The notes beneath the pieces were generated by a model. The model searched no databases. It had not been told where the DNA came from and worked only from the letters and a program-made list of their open reading frames with translations. A stretch of 64,000 bases of DNA from Candidatus Multivoradales bacterium (lineage in GTDB: Bacteria; Acidobacteriota; Thermoanaerobaculia; Multivoradales; J023), in assembly GCA_965248925.1 (NCBI GenBank), contig CBDFLE010000006.1:1024001-1088000 (forward strand), written 5' to 3'. Shown piece by piece: positions 50,553 through 60,529 of this stretch; positions within the stretch are counted from its first letter, which is position 1; the number at the start of each line of letters is the position of its first letter. Made by a program: the position numbers and the translations under genes.

Positions 50553-52136
50553 ATGAGGGAACGAAGAACGCTTGGCCGCCAGCGGCCCACGGTAGTCTGC
50601 GCGCTGGCGCTGACCGGACTGATCCTGCTAAACGTCCTACCGACGCTGGCAGACTCTTCGCTGCTGCAGGATTTTGAAGACAAGACCACCGTCCATGTCC
50701 TGGACAACGGCTGGACCTTCATCATTGTCGAACGGCCGGTGGCACCGGTCTTCAGCTTCGCCACCATCGTTGACGTCGGCAGCGCCCAGGAAGTGCCCGG
50801 CATCACCGGTCTGGCGCACATGTTCGAGCATATGGCTTTTAAGGGCAGCCCCAACATCGGCACCACCGACTACGCGGCTGAGAAGCTGGCGTTGGCCGAG
50901 GTCGAGGCTGCCTATCAAGGCTACGAACTAGAGCATCACAATCCACAGGTCGATGAACAGCTGGTGGCCGAGCTGCTGGAGACTTTCCGCGCCAAGCAGG
51001 AAGCGGCCTTCGCCTTTGTCATCCCCAACGAGTTCGGCGACATTATCGAGCGCGAGGGCGGCGCTGACCTGAACGCCTTCACCAACACCGACATCACCGG
51101 CTACTTCTACTCGCTGCCGGCCAACAAGCTGGAACTCTTCGCTTACCTAGAGTCTGAGCGCTTCCTGCATCCGGTTTTCCGCGAGTTCTACAAAGAGCGC
51201 GACGTGGTCCAGGAAGAGCGCCGACTGCGTACCGAGAGCCGGCCGATAGGCCGGTTGATCGAGCAGACCGTCTCCACCGCTTTTACCGCCCATCCCTACC
51301 AGCAGCCGGTGGTCGGCCACATGAGCGATCTCAAGTCGTTCACCGCCACCGACGCCGAGGCCTTCTACAAGTTGCACTACGTGCCTTCCAACATGGTGAC
51401 AGCCTTGGTTGGCCAGCTCGACGCAGAGCAGATCATTCCGATCTTGGACAAGTACTTCGGCCGTATTCCGGCCGGCGCCGAGCCCGCCCGATTGCGCACC
51501 GTCGAGCCCGAACAGATCGGCGAGAAACAGGTGGTGATCGAAGACGCTTCGCAGCCCTGGTACGCCGAGATGTACCACCGCCCCAGCGGCAGCCACCCCG
51601 ACAACGAGGTCTATAGCGCGATCGACGACGTGCTGTCGAACGGTCGCACCTCGCGCCTCTACCGCTCGATGGTGCGGGACAAGAAGATCGCCACCTTCGC
51701 CTTCTCGATCAGCTCCTTCCCCGGCTCCAAATACCCTTCGCTGTGGGGTGCGCTTGGCATCACCGCCAAGAACCACCAAAACGAGGAAATTCAAAGCGCG
51801 CTGCGGGTCGAGCTCGAACGCCTCAAGACCGAGCCGATCAGCGACGGCGAACTGCGCCGCTTCCGCACGCGGGCTACCGCCAACCTAATCCGCTCGCTGT
51901 CCAGCAACATCGGTATCGCCCGGCAGTTCTCCATCACGCAGACCCTCCTCGGCGATTGGCGCGAGTCTTTCCGCCGCCTCAATCGCATCCAGCAAGTGAC
52001 GCCAGGGGATATCCAACGGGTCGCCCGCGAGACCTTTGTGGCATCCAACCGCACGGTGGGCATGATCGTCACCCAGACGGCAGAAGAAACCAGCGACAGC
52101 GATGGCGCCATCGCTGAACAGGAAGCCTCACCATGA
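50553..52136 (+). CDS. M16 zinc peptidase, catalytic subunit
   Basis: Signal peptide; GLAHMFEHMAFKG (HxxEH); NAFT; ERDVVQEERR. Confidence 0.93.
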   Translation: MRERRTLGRQRPTVVCALALTGLILLNVLPTLADSSLLQDFEDKTTVHVLDNGWTFIIVERPVAPVFSFATIVDVGSAQEVPGITGLAHMFEHMAFKGSPNIGTTDYAAEKLALAEVEAAYQGYELEHHNPQVDEQLVAELLETFRAKQEAAFAFVIPNEFGDIIEREGGADLNAFTNTDITGYFYSLPANKLELFAYLESERFLHPVFREFYKERDVVQEERRLRTESRPIGRLIEQTVSTAFTAHPYQQPVVGHMSDLKSFTATDAEAFYKLHYVPSNMVTALVGQLDAEQIIPILDKYFGRIPAGAEPARLRTVEPEQIGEKQVVIEDASQPWYAEMYHRPSGSHPDNEVYSAIDDVLSNGRTSRLYRSMVRDKKIATFAFSISSFPGSKYPSLWGALGITAKNHQNEEIQSALRVELERLKTEPISDGELRRFRTRATANLIRSLSSNIGIARQFSITQTLLGDWRESFRRLNRIQQVTPGDIQRVARETFVASNRTVGMIVTQTAEETSDSDGAIAEQEASP

Positions 52137-54265
52137 CTCAAATTAGAACTACGATCCTCCGCTTCGCGGCCTGCTCCTTATTAGCCGTACTACTCTTCGC
52201 TTCGCTCGCGAGCGCCCAGGCAACCCGCGTCGAAGAGCTCGAATACCCGGCGCTGCCCGAGTTCAAGGTTCCTCAACCCAGCCGCTACGAACTCGCTAAC
52301 GGCCTGGTGGTAATGCTGCTCGAAGATCACGAATTGCCCTTGGTCAACGCCCAAGTCCTGGTCAAAACCGGTTCCCGGTTGGAACCCGCCGACAAGATCG
52401 GTTTGGCCGGCCTGGTGGGCCAGATGATGCGCAGTGGCGGTACCCAGAAACTGGCCAGTGACGAACTCGACGATCTACTTGAGGATCGCGCGGCGCGCAT
52501 TGAGACCTTCATCGGCACCTCCACCGGCAATGCTTCGCTGAGCTGTCTCAAGGACGACCTCCCCGAGATCCTGGTCGTGCTCGCCGACGTCTTGCGGATC
52601 CCGGCTTTCGAAGAAGACAAGCTGGCGGTGGCCAAGAATCAGCTGATCTCCGGCATCTCGCGCCAAAACGACAACGCTGGCGGAATTCTCTCCCGGGAAT
52701 CCCAGGAGATTCGCTACGGCGCCGATTCGCCCTACACGCGAATTCCGACTTACGCTAGCTCTGGAAGTATCGTTCGGAATGATTTAATGGCCTTTCACGG
52801 CCGCTACTACCATCCCGATCAGATGATCCTCGGCTTGGTCGGGGACTTCGATTCGAAGACGGTCAAGAAGTTGATCGAGCAGACCTTCGGCAACTGGCCG
52901 CAGGGCCCGCAAATCCAACAGCCGGCGGCGCCCTATCGCCAGAACGCCAATCCGGGCATCTTCTACATCGAGAAGAACGACGTCACCCAGAGCAACATCT
53001 GGATCGGCCATCCCGGCATCTTGCGCAGCAACCCGCACTATTTCGAGATCGAAGTGATGAACCAGATCTTCGGCGGCTCCTTCGCCTCGCGTCTGTTCTC
53101 GAATGTGCGTTCGAAGAAGGGCCTGGCCTACTCAGTGCGCGGCGGCGTCGGTTCCCGGTGGGATTACGAAGGCACTTTCTCGATGCGCTTGAGCACCAAG
53201 ACCGAGACCACGGCCGCCGCTATCGACGCGCTGATCGAGGAGGCTCGCAACCTGGTGGACAAGGCTCCCAGCAACGAAGAAGTCGCCAAGGCCAAGACCT
53301 CGATCTTGAACTCCTTCGTCTTCAGAAGCGACTCGACCGCCGAAATCCTACGGCAGCAGATGGTCTACGAGTACTACGGCTATCCGCTGGACTGGCTGAG
53401 CAGCTACCGCACCGGCATCGAGCAAGTCACCGCCGATCAGGTGCGAGCCGCCGCCAATACTTATGTACGGCCGGAGGATTTCTCGATCCTAGTGGTCGGC
53501 CCCAAAGAAGGCCTGGATCGGCCGCTGAGCGACTTTGGCACAGTGCAGATCGTCGACATCACCATCCCCGAACCCGAGGCCGAAGCGGTAGAGACCACCG
53601 CCGAAGGCATGGCTCGCGGCCGCGAGCTGCTGACCAAGGCGGTCGCGACGATCGGCGGCGGCGAGCGCCTGGCTGGGCTGAAGACCCTCAGCGTCAAAGC
53701 CGCCAATTCCCTAACCACGCCGCAAGGAGAGATGTCCATGGCGGTCGAGTCAGTGGTGGTGCTGCCTAACCAGATGCGCGCCCAGATCACCTTGCCAATG
53801 GGCACCATGACGCGGATTCTCAATGGCGACAAAGGGATGATGGAGATGGCTGGCCGTAGGCAGGGGCTGCCCGAGTCACAGGTCGCCGATCTGAAGAAGA
53901 GCCTCAATCGGCAGCTGCTCATCTTGCTCAGCCATCACGATAGCCTGACTGCCAATGCCAGCGGTACGGCAAAAGTAGGCGACAGCAGCGTCGAGCTGGT
54001 CCACGTCGAGTTCGACGGCGACACCACTATTTTGGGCATCGAGCCTGAGAGCGGCCGGGTGTTGTCCTTGACCCACCAGGGAACGGGGATGGGCAGCACA
54101 CCTGGAGAGATCCATCAGGTAAACTCCGATTTCCGTGAGATCGATGGCTTCGAGCTGGCCTTCAAGATCGTCGTCACCTTCAACGGCGAACCGATGATGA
54201 CCTCGATTCTGGAATCGGCGGTGATCAACGGCCCGGTCGCCGAGGATACCTTCGCCATCGAGTGA
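52133..54265 (+). CDS. M16 peptidase non-catalytic subunit with a C-terminal beta extension
   Basis: Signal peptide; LEDHELPLV; GGSFASRLFSNVRSKKGLAY; no HxxEH; ATGA overlap. Confidence 0.9.
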   Translation: MTQIRTTILRFAACSLLAVLLFASLASAQATRVEELEYPALPEFKVPQPSRYELANGLVVMLLEDHELPLVNAQVLVKTGSRLEPADKIGLAGLVGQMMRSGGTQKLASDELDDLLEDRAARIETFIGTSTGNASLSCLKDDLPEILVVLADVLRIPAFEEDKLAVAKNQLISGISRQNDNAGGILSRESQEIRYGADSPYTRIPTYASSGSIVRNDLMAFHGRYYHPDQMILGLVGDFDSKTVKKLIEQTFGNWPQGPQIQQPAAPYRQNANPGIFYIEKNDVTQSNIWIGHPGILRSNPHYFEIEVMNQIFGGSFASRLFSNVRSKKGLAYSVRGGVGSRWDYEGTFSMRLSTKTETTAAAIDALIEEARNLVDKAPSNEEVAKAKTSILNSFVFRSDSTAEILRQQMVYEYYGYPLDWLSSYRTGIEQVTADQVRAAANTYVRPEDFSILVVGPKEGLDRPLSDFGTVQIVDITIPEPEAEAVETTAEGMARGRELLTKAVATIGGGERLAGLKTLSVKAANSLTTPQGEMSMAVESVVVLPNQMRAQITLPMGTMTRILNGDKGMMEMAGRRQGLPESQVADLKKSLNRQLLILLSHHDSLTANASGTAKVGDSSVELVHVEFDGDTTILGIEPESGRVLSLTHQGTGMGSTPGEIHQVNSDFREIDGFELAFKIVVTFNGEPMMTSILESAVINGPVAEDTFAIE

Positions 54266-54281
54266 CGAAGTCCGAGCTACT

Positions 54282-55292
54282 ATGGAAGTCGCGCCACTGC
54301 TGGACCAGATTGGTCTGATCATCGAACGCCATCAAGGGCGGCGTGTGGTCGTGCCCTTCGACACCGGTATTTTTTCGCTCGACAAGGATGTCCTTGAGCA
54401 GGTTGGTACCCTGCTCGAGGGCTCATCCGTCTTGATGAGCGCGGCCCTCGATCACTACGATCAGCTCTGCGCCGAGAGTGACGGCGACGCTCTGGACCGC
54501 TTGAGCCAGATGCCCGCCGCGACCTCTAGCGAGGTGGCTGCGCAGCAGATCGCCAGCGTTGCCTTCGTCGGCAACGCCCAGGTGCGCGAGCTGGGCGAAG
54601 AGTTGCAACGGGCTAAGATCGACAGCAACCACTGGCGACAAGCCGCCCTGAGCGACACTGCCGTGCGCGAGACCGTGCGCGCCCTGATCGCCCTTGAAAG
54701 CGCCATGCTGGAGTACGAGGGTCTGCCGCAAAAAGAGCGCCAATGGGCCGAACTCGAAGATTCGCTAGAGATTCGCCTGCTCTACACCCAATTACGCCGC
54801 ACCGTAATCGAGGGCGGCGAGCCGCGGGACCGCGAAGAACTGGTGCGGCGGCTGCGCAAATCAGCCCGTCGAATCGCTATTTTGCGGGATCTCAAGATCT
54901 ACCCATTTCTGAGAATTTCTGACCGCTTGGAAATTCGCGGTCTGCAAAAACGCATCATGGCCTGGCTAGAGCGGGCCGACAGCGATCGGCAGTCCGGCCT
55001 ACGCTTGTGGCAAGATCTGGCCAGTTTTTCCCGCTTGCTGCGGCAGATCAATCGCCGGGAAGAGGTTCGCGAGCACGACCGGCGGACTGTTCTCGAGACC
55101 TACCGGATGCTCTTCGGCGCCTTCGAACAACCCACCAAGATGCCCGCCGCGACCCGCCAACGCTTAGAGTCGCTAGCCGGTCGCGACGACCAACTCGACA
55201 GCCTGCTGCGCCTGCGTGAAGCCCTGACCCCGGATCTGCTGCGCACCGTGCTAGAGCGCCTCAAAGTCGAGGTCCAAGGCTCCCACCCCTGA
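54282..55292 (+). CDS. Hypothetical helical protein
   Basis: 336-aa ORF with host-like codon usage, co-oriented behind the M16 pair. Confidence 0.7.
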   Translation: MEVAPLLDQIGLIIERHQGRRVVVPFDTGIFSLDKDVLEQVGTLLEGSSVLMSAALDHYDQLCAESDGDALDRLSQMPAATSSEVAAQQIASVAFVGNAQVRELGEELQRAKIDSNHWRQAALSDTAVRETVRALIALESAMLEYEGLPQKERQWAELEDSLEIRLLYTQLRRTVIEGGEPRDREELVRRLRKSARRIAILRDLKIYPFLRISDRLEIRGLQKRIMAWLERADSDRQSGLRLWQDLASFSRLLRQINRREEVREHDRRTVLETYRMLFGAFEQPTKMPAATRQRLESLAGRDDQLDSLLRLREALTPDLLRTVLERLKVEVQGSHP

Positions 55293-55323
55293 GCGAGACC
55301 GCTCGACGGACCGCTGCCGCCGA

Positions 55324-55935
55324 TCAGTAGTCCGTAGCGGCAGCGGCATCAGCCTGGCGCCGAGCCTTGAGCGACTGAAAGACCAGGAAACCGCCGAAGA
55401 CGAGCAGTAGGTATGGCCACTGGCGGACCAACCAGGTTAAGTCGAAGTCGAAGAAGCGCAGCATCAGGCCATAGGTACCGACCACCATCAGCATCACTCC
55501 GGGGACCAGCGCCCCGCCACCGACCTGCGGCCGATCGGCGATCCCCAAATCGGTAGACTGACCAGAATTGATCAACGTAGCCTGGCGAAAAGCATCAAAG
55601 ACGTTGAAAAAGAACAGAAAAGCGATACTCGGCGCAAGGAAGGCGATCTCACTCTCTGGGGCATCGCCTCCAGTCACCGAGACCACCAGCGAGATCAAAC
55701 CGACGAAGGCCAAGAAGAAAGCCACGCCGCGCAAGTAGAGTCCATTGTAGATATTGCCCAGGCCCGGCATAAAGCTCAGCACCGCGGCCAACATCGGCGA
55801 CTTGTAATGGCCCCCCACCGGCTCAGCGGCATGGTGCCCTGGGTAAACGGGCCTTGGTGGCGGCGGCGCTAAGGGCGCCGCGGCTTCCTCAGGCCCCGTC
55901 TCGTTCTGGATCTCGTCGTGCTCGCTCATGCTCAT
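55324..55935 (-). CDS. Membrane protein (TM2-like plus DUF5668-like) in the ECF operon
   Basis: KSPMLAAVLSFMPGLGNIYNG; C-terminal …QWPYLLLVFG. Confidence 0.75.
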   Translation of the reverse strand: MSMSEHDEIQNETGPEEAAAPLAPPPPRPVYPGHHAAEPVGGHYKSPMLAAVLSFMPGLGNIYNGLYLRGVAFFLAFVGLISLVVSVTGGDAPESEIAFLAPSIAFLFFFNVFDAFRQATLINSGQSTDLGIADRPQVGGGALVPGVMLMVVGTYGLMLRFFDFDLTWLVRQWPYLLLVFGGFLVFQSLKARRQADAAAATDY

Positions 55936-56671
55936 CTCCTTCGCTGTTCTTGTTCAGCGTCTGATCTATCTTCTGCCAGAGTTCTCTGGCGGCGGGTACT
56001 GCTCCACTAACTTCGACGACTCGGCCTCCGAGGTGGGAAATCTGTGCGAGATGGCTGCTGGTGTAGACGTAGGCAGCGCCGATACCGCCGCTGAAGCTGC
56101 GCCAGGTCCGGTGACCAACATCTGAGCCACTAGCTACCCAGCCGACAGCTTGGGTCCGCGCTTGTCTGGCTTGAGTACCCAAGGGTTCGGCAAGCTCAGG
56201 AGCCGCCGCCATCAGTCCGAGAGTGAGCAAGCAGCAGGCTGCCAGTCCTTGCCACAGATCCGGAGTCTGTGTCCGCGGCGGTCGCCGAGCCAGCGCACTC
56301 AGCCGCTGCGCCAGGCTCTCTGGCAGACGAAACCGGCGAGGCACCAAGGCCGTGACTAGGGTGTCGTAGAGATCCCTACAGCGACCACAATGCTCAAGAT
56401 GGTCAACCACTTCCGCGGTGGGCAGCTCACCCCGAGCGGCGGCTCGGGCGGCCCGGTAGAGGCGTTGCTGTTGCACGCAGCGGGCGGCGCGTCGGGGAAT
56501 CTGCCGCAACCGATCTGCCAAAGCCGCCGGTAGCGGCCGGCGAACGATGCTGTCGGCGGCGCCTTCAAGACTCGCCGCCCAGGCAGCACAAGCCGCGCAG
56601 CGGCCCCGATGGGAGGCGCTCAGACCGATCTCGAACTCAGCGCGGAAGCGACGGCAAGAGGGCCTCAACAT
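55889..56671 (-). CDS. Putative zinc-binding anti-sigma factor
   Basis: Two HxxxCxxC motifs (HRGRCAAC, HLEHCGRC) plus a TM segment, directly after the ECF gene. Confidence 0.75.
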   Translation of the reverse strand: MLRPSCRRFRAEFEIGLSASHRGRCAACAAWAASLEGAADSIVRRPLPAALADRLRQIPRRAARCVQQQRLYRAARAAARGELPTAEVVDHLEHCGRCRDLYDTLVTALVPRRFRLPESLAQRLSALARRPPRTQTPDLWQGLAACCLLTLGLMAAAPELAEPLGTQARQARTQAVGWVASGSDVGHRTWRSFSGGIGAAYVYTSSHLAQISHLGGRVVEVSGAVPAARELWQKIDQTLNKNSEGDEHERARRDPERDGA

Positions 56672-57270
56672 GGTGACACCTGCTTCATCGCCAGCCCCGC
56701 GGAGTCTGCGATGAGCCGTAGGTCCAACCGACGCACCAGCTCACGGCGGGCGCGATTGAGACGTGACTTGAGGGTGCCGCTGGGCACCTCCAAAAAAGCA
56801 GCCATCTCGTCGTAGGCCAGACCTTGGAGATCGCGCAGAGTCAGGACCAAGGCTAGCTGCTCTGGGAGTTCTGCCAGCACGCTCGCCACCAGGTCTCGAC
56901 GCTCGCGACGCTCCGCGCGAGCGGCCGAATCGTCGCTTGCCGGCATTCGCGCCAGGGCTTCCTCTCCAGCCGTCTCTGCCAATTGCCGAGCCCGGCCGCG
57001 GCGATAGAGATCGATGCACAGATTGCGCGACAGCCGCAGAGCCCAAGCCACCAAGGGAACCTCGCCCCGGTAGCGACCCAGCTGGCTGAAGAGCTTGAGG
57101 AAGATCTCCTGGGTCAGATCCTCAGCCTCCGCCGGCTGGCGAGCAAAGCGAAAGGCCAAGTTGTAGATCCGTTCACCGAAGCGCTCGACAATCTGATCCC
57201 AGGCGGCAGCGTCGCCGCGCGCCGCGCGCCGCGCCAGGAAAAGATCGGGGGAATGAGTACTCGATGCCAT
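56665..57270 (-). CDS. ECF RNA polymerase sigma factor
   Basis: AEDLTQEIF, W..RLSRNLCID, LRDLQGLAYDEMA..L.VP.GTLKSRLNRAR. Confidence 0.93.
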   Translation of the reverse strand: MASSTHSPDLFLARRAARGDAAAWDQIVERFGERIYNLAFRFARQPAEAEDLTQEIFLKLFSQLGRYRGEVPLVAWALRLSRNLCIDLYRRGRARQLAETAGEEALARMPASDDSAARAERRERRDLVASVLAELPEQLALVLTLRDLQGLAYDEMAAFLEVPSGTLKSRLNRARRELVRRLDLRLIADSAGLAMKQVSPC

Positions 57271-57279
57271 CTCACACCC

Positions 57280-57307
57280 TAAGACGCAGCGCCGCGGAAA
57301 AAAGTTC
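57280..57307 (-). promoter_or_regulatory. SigmaE-like autoregulatory promoter
   Basis: The minus strand reads GAACTT-16 bp-GTCTTA, ending 9 nt before the ECF ATG. Confidence 0.6.
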
Positions 57308-57497
57308 GCGCCATGCGATCAGCCATTCTCGGGGGAGCAGCTGCTCAGCTGCTAGGTCGAGGAGCCTCCCTTTCGACATCTCGCCCAGCCCTGCGCTGCC
57401 CGGAGATCGACCTCGCTTTCGCCCCCGGCACTGAGGTCAGAACGCCACCGTCCGGCGAGCCGCTTCCAAGTCGCCACCGCAATATTGGTCTTGGCGC

Positions 57498-59465
57498 TCA
57501 GAGATTCCCCACCATCAACTCCGCCACCAGCTGGTTGAACTTGGCCGGCTGGTGAAGATCGGAGCCTTCGGCCAGCAGACCGTAGCCGAGTAGCAGGTGG
57601 GCGGCATCGGCCAGCTTGCTGTCGCCCGAATCGGCGAGCAGGCGCTGATGCAGCTTGAAGACCAACTCGTGCTTGGGATTGAGCTCCAAGATGCGCTTCT
57701 GCCGCGGCATCGCGGAGCCCTCGGCTTCACGCATCAAGCGTTCGAGCTGCGGACTCATGTCGAACTCTCCACCCACCAAGCAAGCGGGCGAGGTGGTCAG
57801 GCGGGTCGATAGACGAACTTCACTGACCCAGTCATCAATCGGCTTCTGTAAGGCGCTGAGCAGGTCGCCGAACTCTTCCTGTTTTTCCTTGAGGGCTTCT
57901 TCGGCCTCTTTCTTCTCTTCTTCGGTGCCCAACTCGACGGTACCTTTGCCAACCGACCTGAGCCTCTTACCGTCGTGTTCAGGGAGGCTCTGCACCCACA
58001 TCTCGTCGACCGGATCGACCAGGTAGAGCACTTCGTATCCCTTGGACTGGAAGGCCTCCAAATGGGGCGACTCCTCGACCACCGAACGCGATTCGCCGGT
58101 CAGGTAGAAGATCTCTTCCTGACCTTCCTTCATCCTCTCGACATACTCGTCGAGGGTGGTCAGCTTCTCGGCATCGGCCGAACTTTGGCACAGCAACAGC
58201 GTTACCAGCCGGTCGCGGTTGTCGTGGTCGCTGCCGACCCCTTCTTTGAGCACGCGGCCGAACTCACCCCACAGCTTTAGGTATTTCTCGGGCTCGTCCT
58301 GGCGCAGCTTCTGCAGATGATCGAGCACCTTGCGGGTCAGCCATTTGCGCATCTGGGTCAGATGGCGGTCCTGCTGCACCAACTCGCGAGAGACGTTGAG
58401 CGGCAGATCGGCCGAGTCCACTACCCCGCGCAGGAAACGCAGGTAGCTCGGCAGCAGCTCTTGGCAGGCGTCCTTGATCAGCACTCGGCGCACGTAGAGT
58501 TGCAAACCAAATTGCTGATCGCGGTAGTAGAGATCCCACGGCGCCTTGGAAGGTAGGAATAACAGGGCACGATATTCGATCCGCCCCTCGGCGCTCAGCG
58601 ACAGGTGGTCTAGGGGTTCGCTCCAATCGTGGGAGATGTGTTTGTAGAACTCGTCGTACTCTGAGTCTTCGACCTCGGCCGCCGGCCGGGTCCAGATCGG
58701 CTTCATCGAGTTCAGAGTCTTGTCTTCGACCACCACTTCGGTCTTTCCTTCGATCGGCTTGCCTTCTTCATCGAGTACCGGTTCTTGGCGCTCGTGCTTG
58801 ATGCGCACCGGATAGGCAACAAAGTCGCTGTAGCGTTTGACGATGCCTTCGAGAGTGGAGAATTCGGCGAAGTCGTCGAGACCGGCGTCGCGATCTACCT
58901 CTTTCAAGTGCAAGGTGATGGTGGTGCCGCGCAGGAAGCGACTGCCTTCGGCCAACGAGTAAGAGCCGTCGCCGGTCGACTCCCAGACAGTGGCATTCTC
59001 GTCGCCGGACCGCCGGGTGGTGACCGTCACTCGGTCGGCGACCATGAAGGCGCTGTAGAAGCCAACACCGAATTGGCCGATCAGCTCAGCCGCCGCGGTG
59101 GTCGATTTCGATTCTTTGATCTGCTGCATCAACTCGCGGCTGCCGGATTTGGCGATGGTGCCAAGGTTGGCAATCACCTCCTCGCGGTTCATGCCGATCC
59201 CGTTGTCGAGAATCCTCAGGGTGCGGGCCTGGGAATCGGCTTCGAGACGGATCTCGAGCTCTTCGTCTTGCTCCAGGATGCCGGGCTCGGTGAGGGCCTC
59301 GAAACGCAACCGATCGAGAGCGTCGGAGGAGTTGGAGATCAACTCGCGGAGGAAGATCTCTTTGCTGGAGTACAGCGAGTGAATGACAATATCGAGCAGC
59401 TGCCGGGCTTCGGCCTGAAATTGATGCGACTCGGTCTGCGGCGCTTCTTCGGTCTTGACGGTCAT
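57498..59465 (-). CDS. htpG: Hsp90 chaperone HtpG
   Basis: FQAE, SLYS.KEIFLRELISNSSDA, DNGIGM, LGTIAKSG, IGQFGVGFYSAF, LELNP; AAGGA RBS before ATG 59465. Confidence 0.98.
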   Translation of the reverse strand: MTVKTEEAPQTESHQFQAEARQLLDIVIHSLYSSKEIFLRELISNSSDALDRLRFEALTEPGILEQDEELEIRLEADSQARTLRILDNGIGMNREEVIANLGTIAKSGSRELMQQIKESKSTTAAAELIGQFGVGFYSAFMVADRVTVTTRRSGDENATVWESTGDGSYSLAEGSRFLRGTTITLHLKEVDRDAGLDDFAEFSTLEGIVKRYSDFVAYPVRIKHERQEPVLDEEGKPIEGKTEVVVEDKTLNSMKPIWTRPAAEVEDSEYDEFYKHISHDWSEPLDHLSLSAEGRIEYRALLFLPSKAPWDLYYRDQQFGLQLYVRRVLIKDACQELLPSYLRFLRGVVDSADLPLNVSRELVQQDRHLTQMRKWLTRKVLDHLQKLRQDEPEKYLKLWGEFGRVLKEGVGSDHDNRDRLVTLLLCQSSADAEKLTTLDEYVERMKEGQEEIFYLTGESRSVVEESPHLEAFQSKGYEVLYLVDPVDEMWVQSLPEHDGKRLRSVGKGTVELGTEEEKKEAEEALKEKQEEFGDLLSALQKPIDDWVSEVRLSTRLTTSPACLVGGEFDMSPQLERLMREAEGSAMPRQKRILELNPKHELVFKLHQRLLADSGDSKLADAAHLLLGYGLLAEGSDLHQPAKFNQLVAELMVGNL

Positions 59466-59636
59466 TGAGTGTCCTTCCTTGCGGGTCGTCGCACAGCGCT
59501 GCCCGGATCCGTGGGCAGCTGAGACTGTTTCGAGAAATGGGCGGCGAGGGCCCTGAAAAGTTGTTTGACGGTAGAACAAAACCTACCACTGGCGCTGTAT
59601 TATTCCCCCCTCCCTGATCCAACCTGAGGAAAAGCA

Positions 59637-59984
59637 ATGCTCGAGCTGATCTGCAAACGCACCTGAAGCACCTGTCGCAAGGCGGTCGCCTTGCTCGAAG
59701 AACACGGAGCTGAATACCGCTACCGTGAGTACACCCAAGAACCGCTCGATGAAACCGAGCTACGACGCGTGCTCACCCTGCTCGGTGTCGAACCGCAGCA
59801 GGTGTTGCGCCGCCGCGACCGCGCCTACGCGGAACTGGGTCTGACCGGCGAGGAATCCGCCGACCAGCTGATCACCCACATGGCTAGCCACCCGACCCTG
59901 CTGCAAAGGCCGATCGGCGTCCTCGGCAAGCGGGCGGTGGTCGGCAGACCGGTGGAACGATTGCTGGAGCTGCTACAGTCCTGA
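59637..59984 (+). CDS. arsC: ArsC-family arsenate reductase-like selenoprotein (UxxC)
   Basis: GAGG RBS and ATG 59637; MLELICKRT-U(TGA 59664)-STCRKAVALLEE is in frame with the 59691 ORF; ArsC arginine motifs LRRRD, LLQRPI and VGRP. Confidence 0.85.
59677..59694 (+). promoter_or_regulatory. Bacterial SECIS-like hairpin
   Basis: GCAAGGC-GGTC-GCCTTGC; the loop G is 18 nt after the UGA. Confidence 0.75.
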
Positions 59985-60028
59985 GTCTTCGGCCCAGCGT
60001 CGGCAATCCACTGTGGAGATTCAAATCA

Positions 60029-60143
60029 AAGTCGTCAATAATGACGACTTAACGCCTTCTCTGACGATAAGTCGTCTAAAAAGACGACTTGGACTTGGAA
60101 ATGACAGTAGGCAGAAGATATGATTCGTAACACCTGACGACTT
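60029..60143. promoter_or_regulatory. HipB-type operators AAGTCGTC-N6-GACGACTT
   Basis: Perfect palindromes at 60029-60050 and 60069-60090; degenerate third copy at 60122-60143. Confidence 0.8.
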
Positions 60144-60187
60144 AGGGTCAATTCAGTCGATAAGTTGCCAGCCTGGTCGAGTTGTAG

Positions 60188-60529
60188 ATGATCACTAAAT
60201 ATTTGAGTGACGATGCCTTCCTAAGCAAACTTGGCGAGCGCCTTTGCCGCTACCGACTCCGACTTGGCCTAACCCAAGCGGCATTGGCCGACAAAGCGGG
60301 AATCTCGAAGCGCACCGTCGAACGCATCGAGGCGGGAAGCTCGGCCCAGCTGTCGAGCTTTATTCGCCTGTGCCGCGCACTCGACTTGCTCGACGACCTC
60401 GACCGCCTGGTCCCGGCGTTAGCCCTCAGCCCCATGGAGCAGCTGAAGCTGGGCGGCAAGCAACGCCGCCGGGCCTCATCTCAGCCACCAAGACCCCCTA
60501 CCAGCGCGTGGGTTTGGGGCGATAGTTGA
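60188..60529 (+). CDS. XRE-family antitoxin/regulator (HipB-like)
   Basis: RLRLGLTQAALADKAGISKRTVERIEAG; overlaps the HipA start. Confidence 0.88.
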   Translation: MITKYLSDDAFLSKLGERLCRYRLRLGLTQAALADKAGISKRTVERIEAGSSAQLSSFIRLCRALDLLDDLDRLVPALALSPMEQLKLGGKQRRRASSQPPRPPTSAWVWGDS

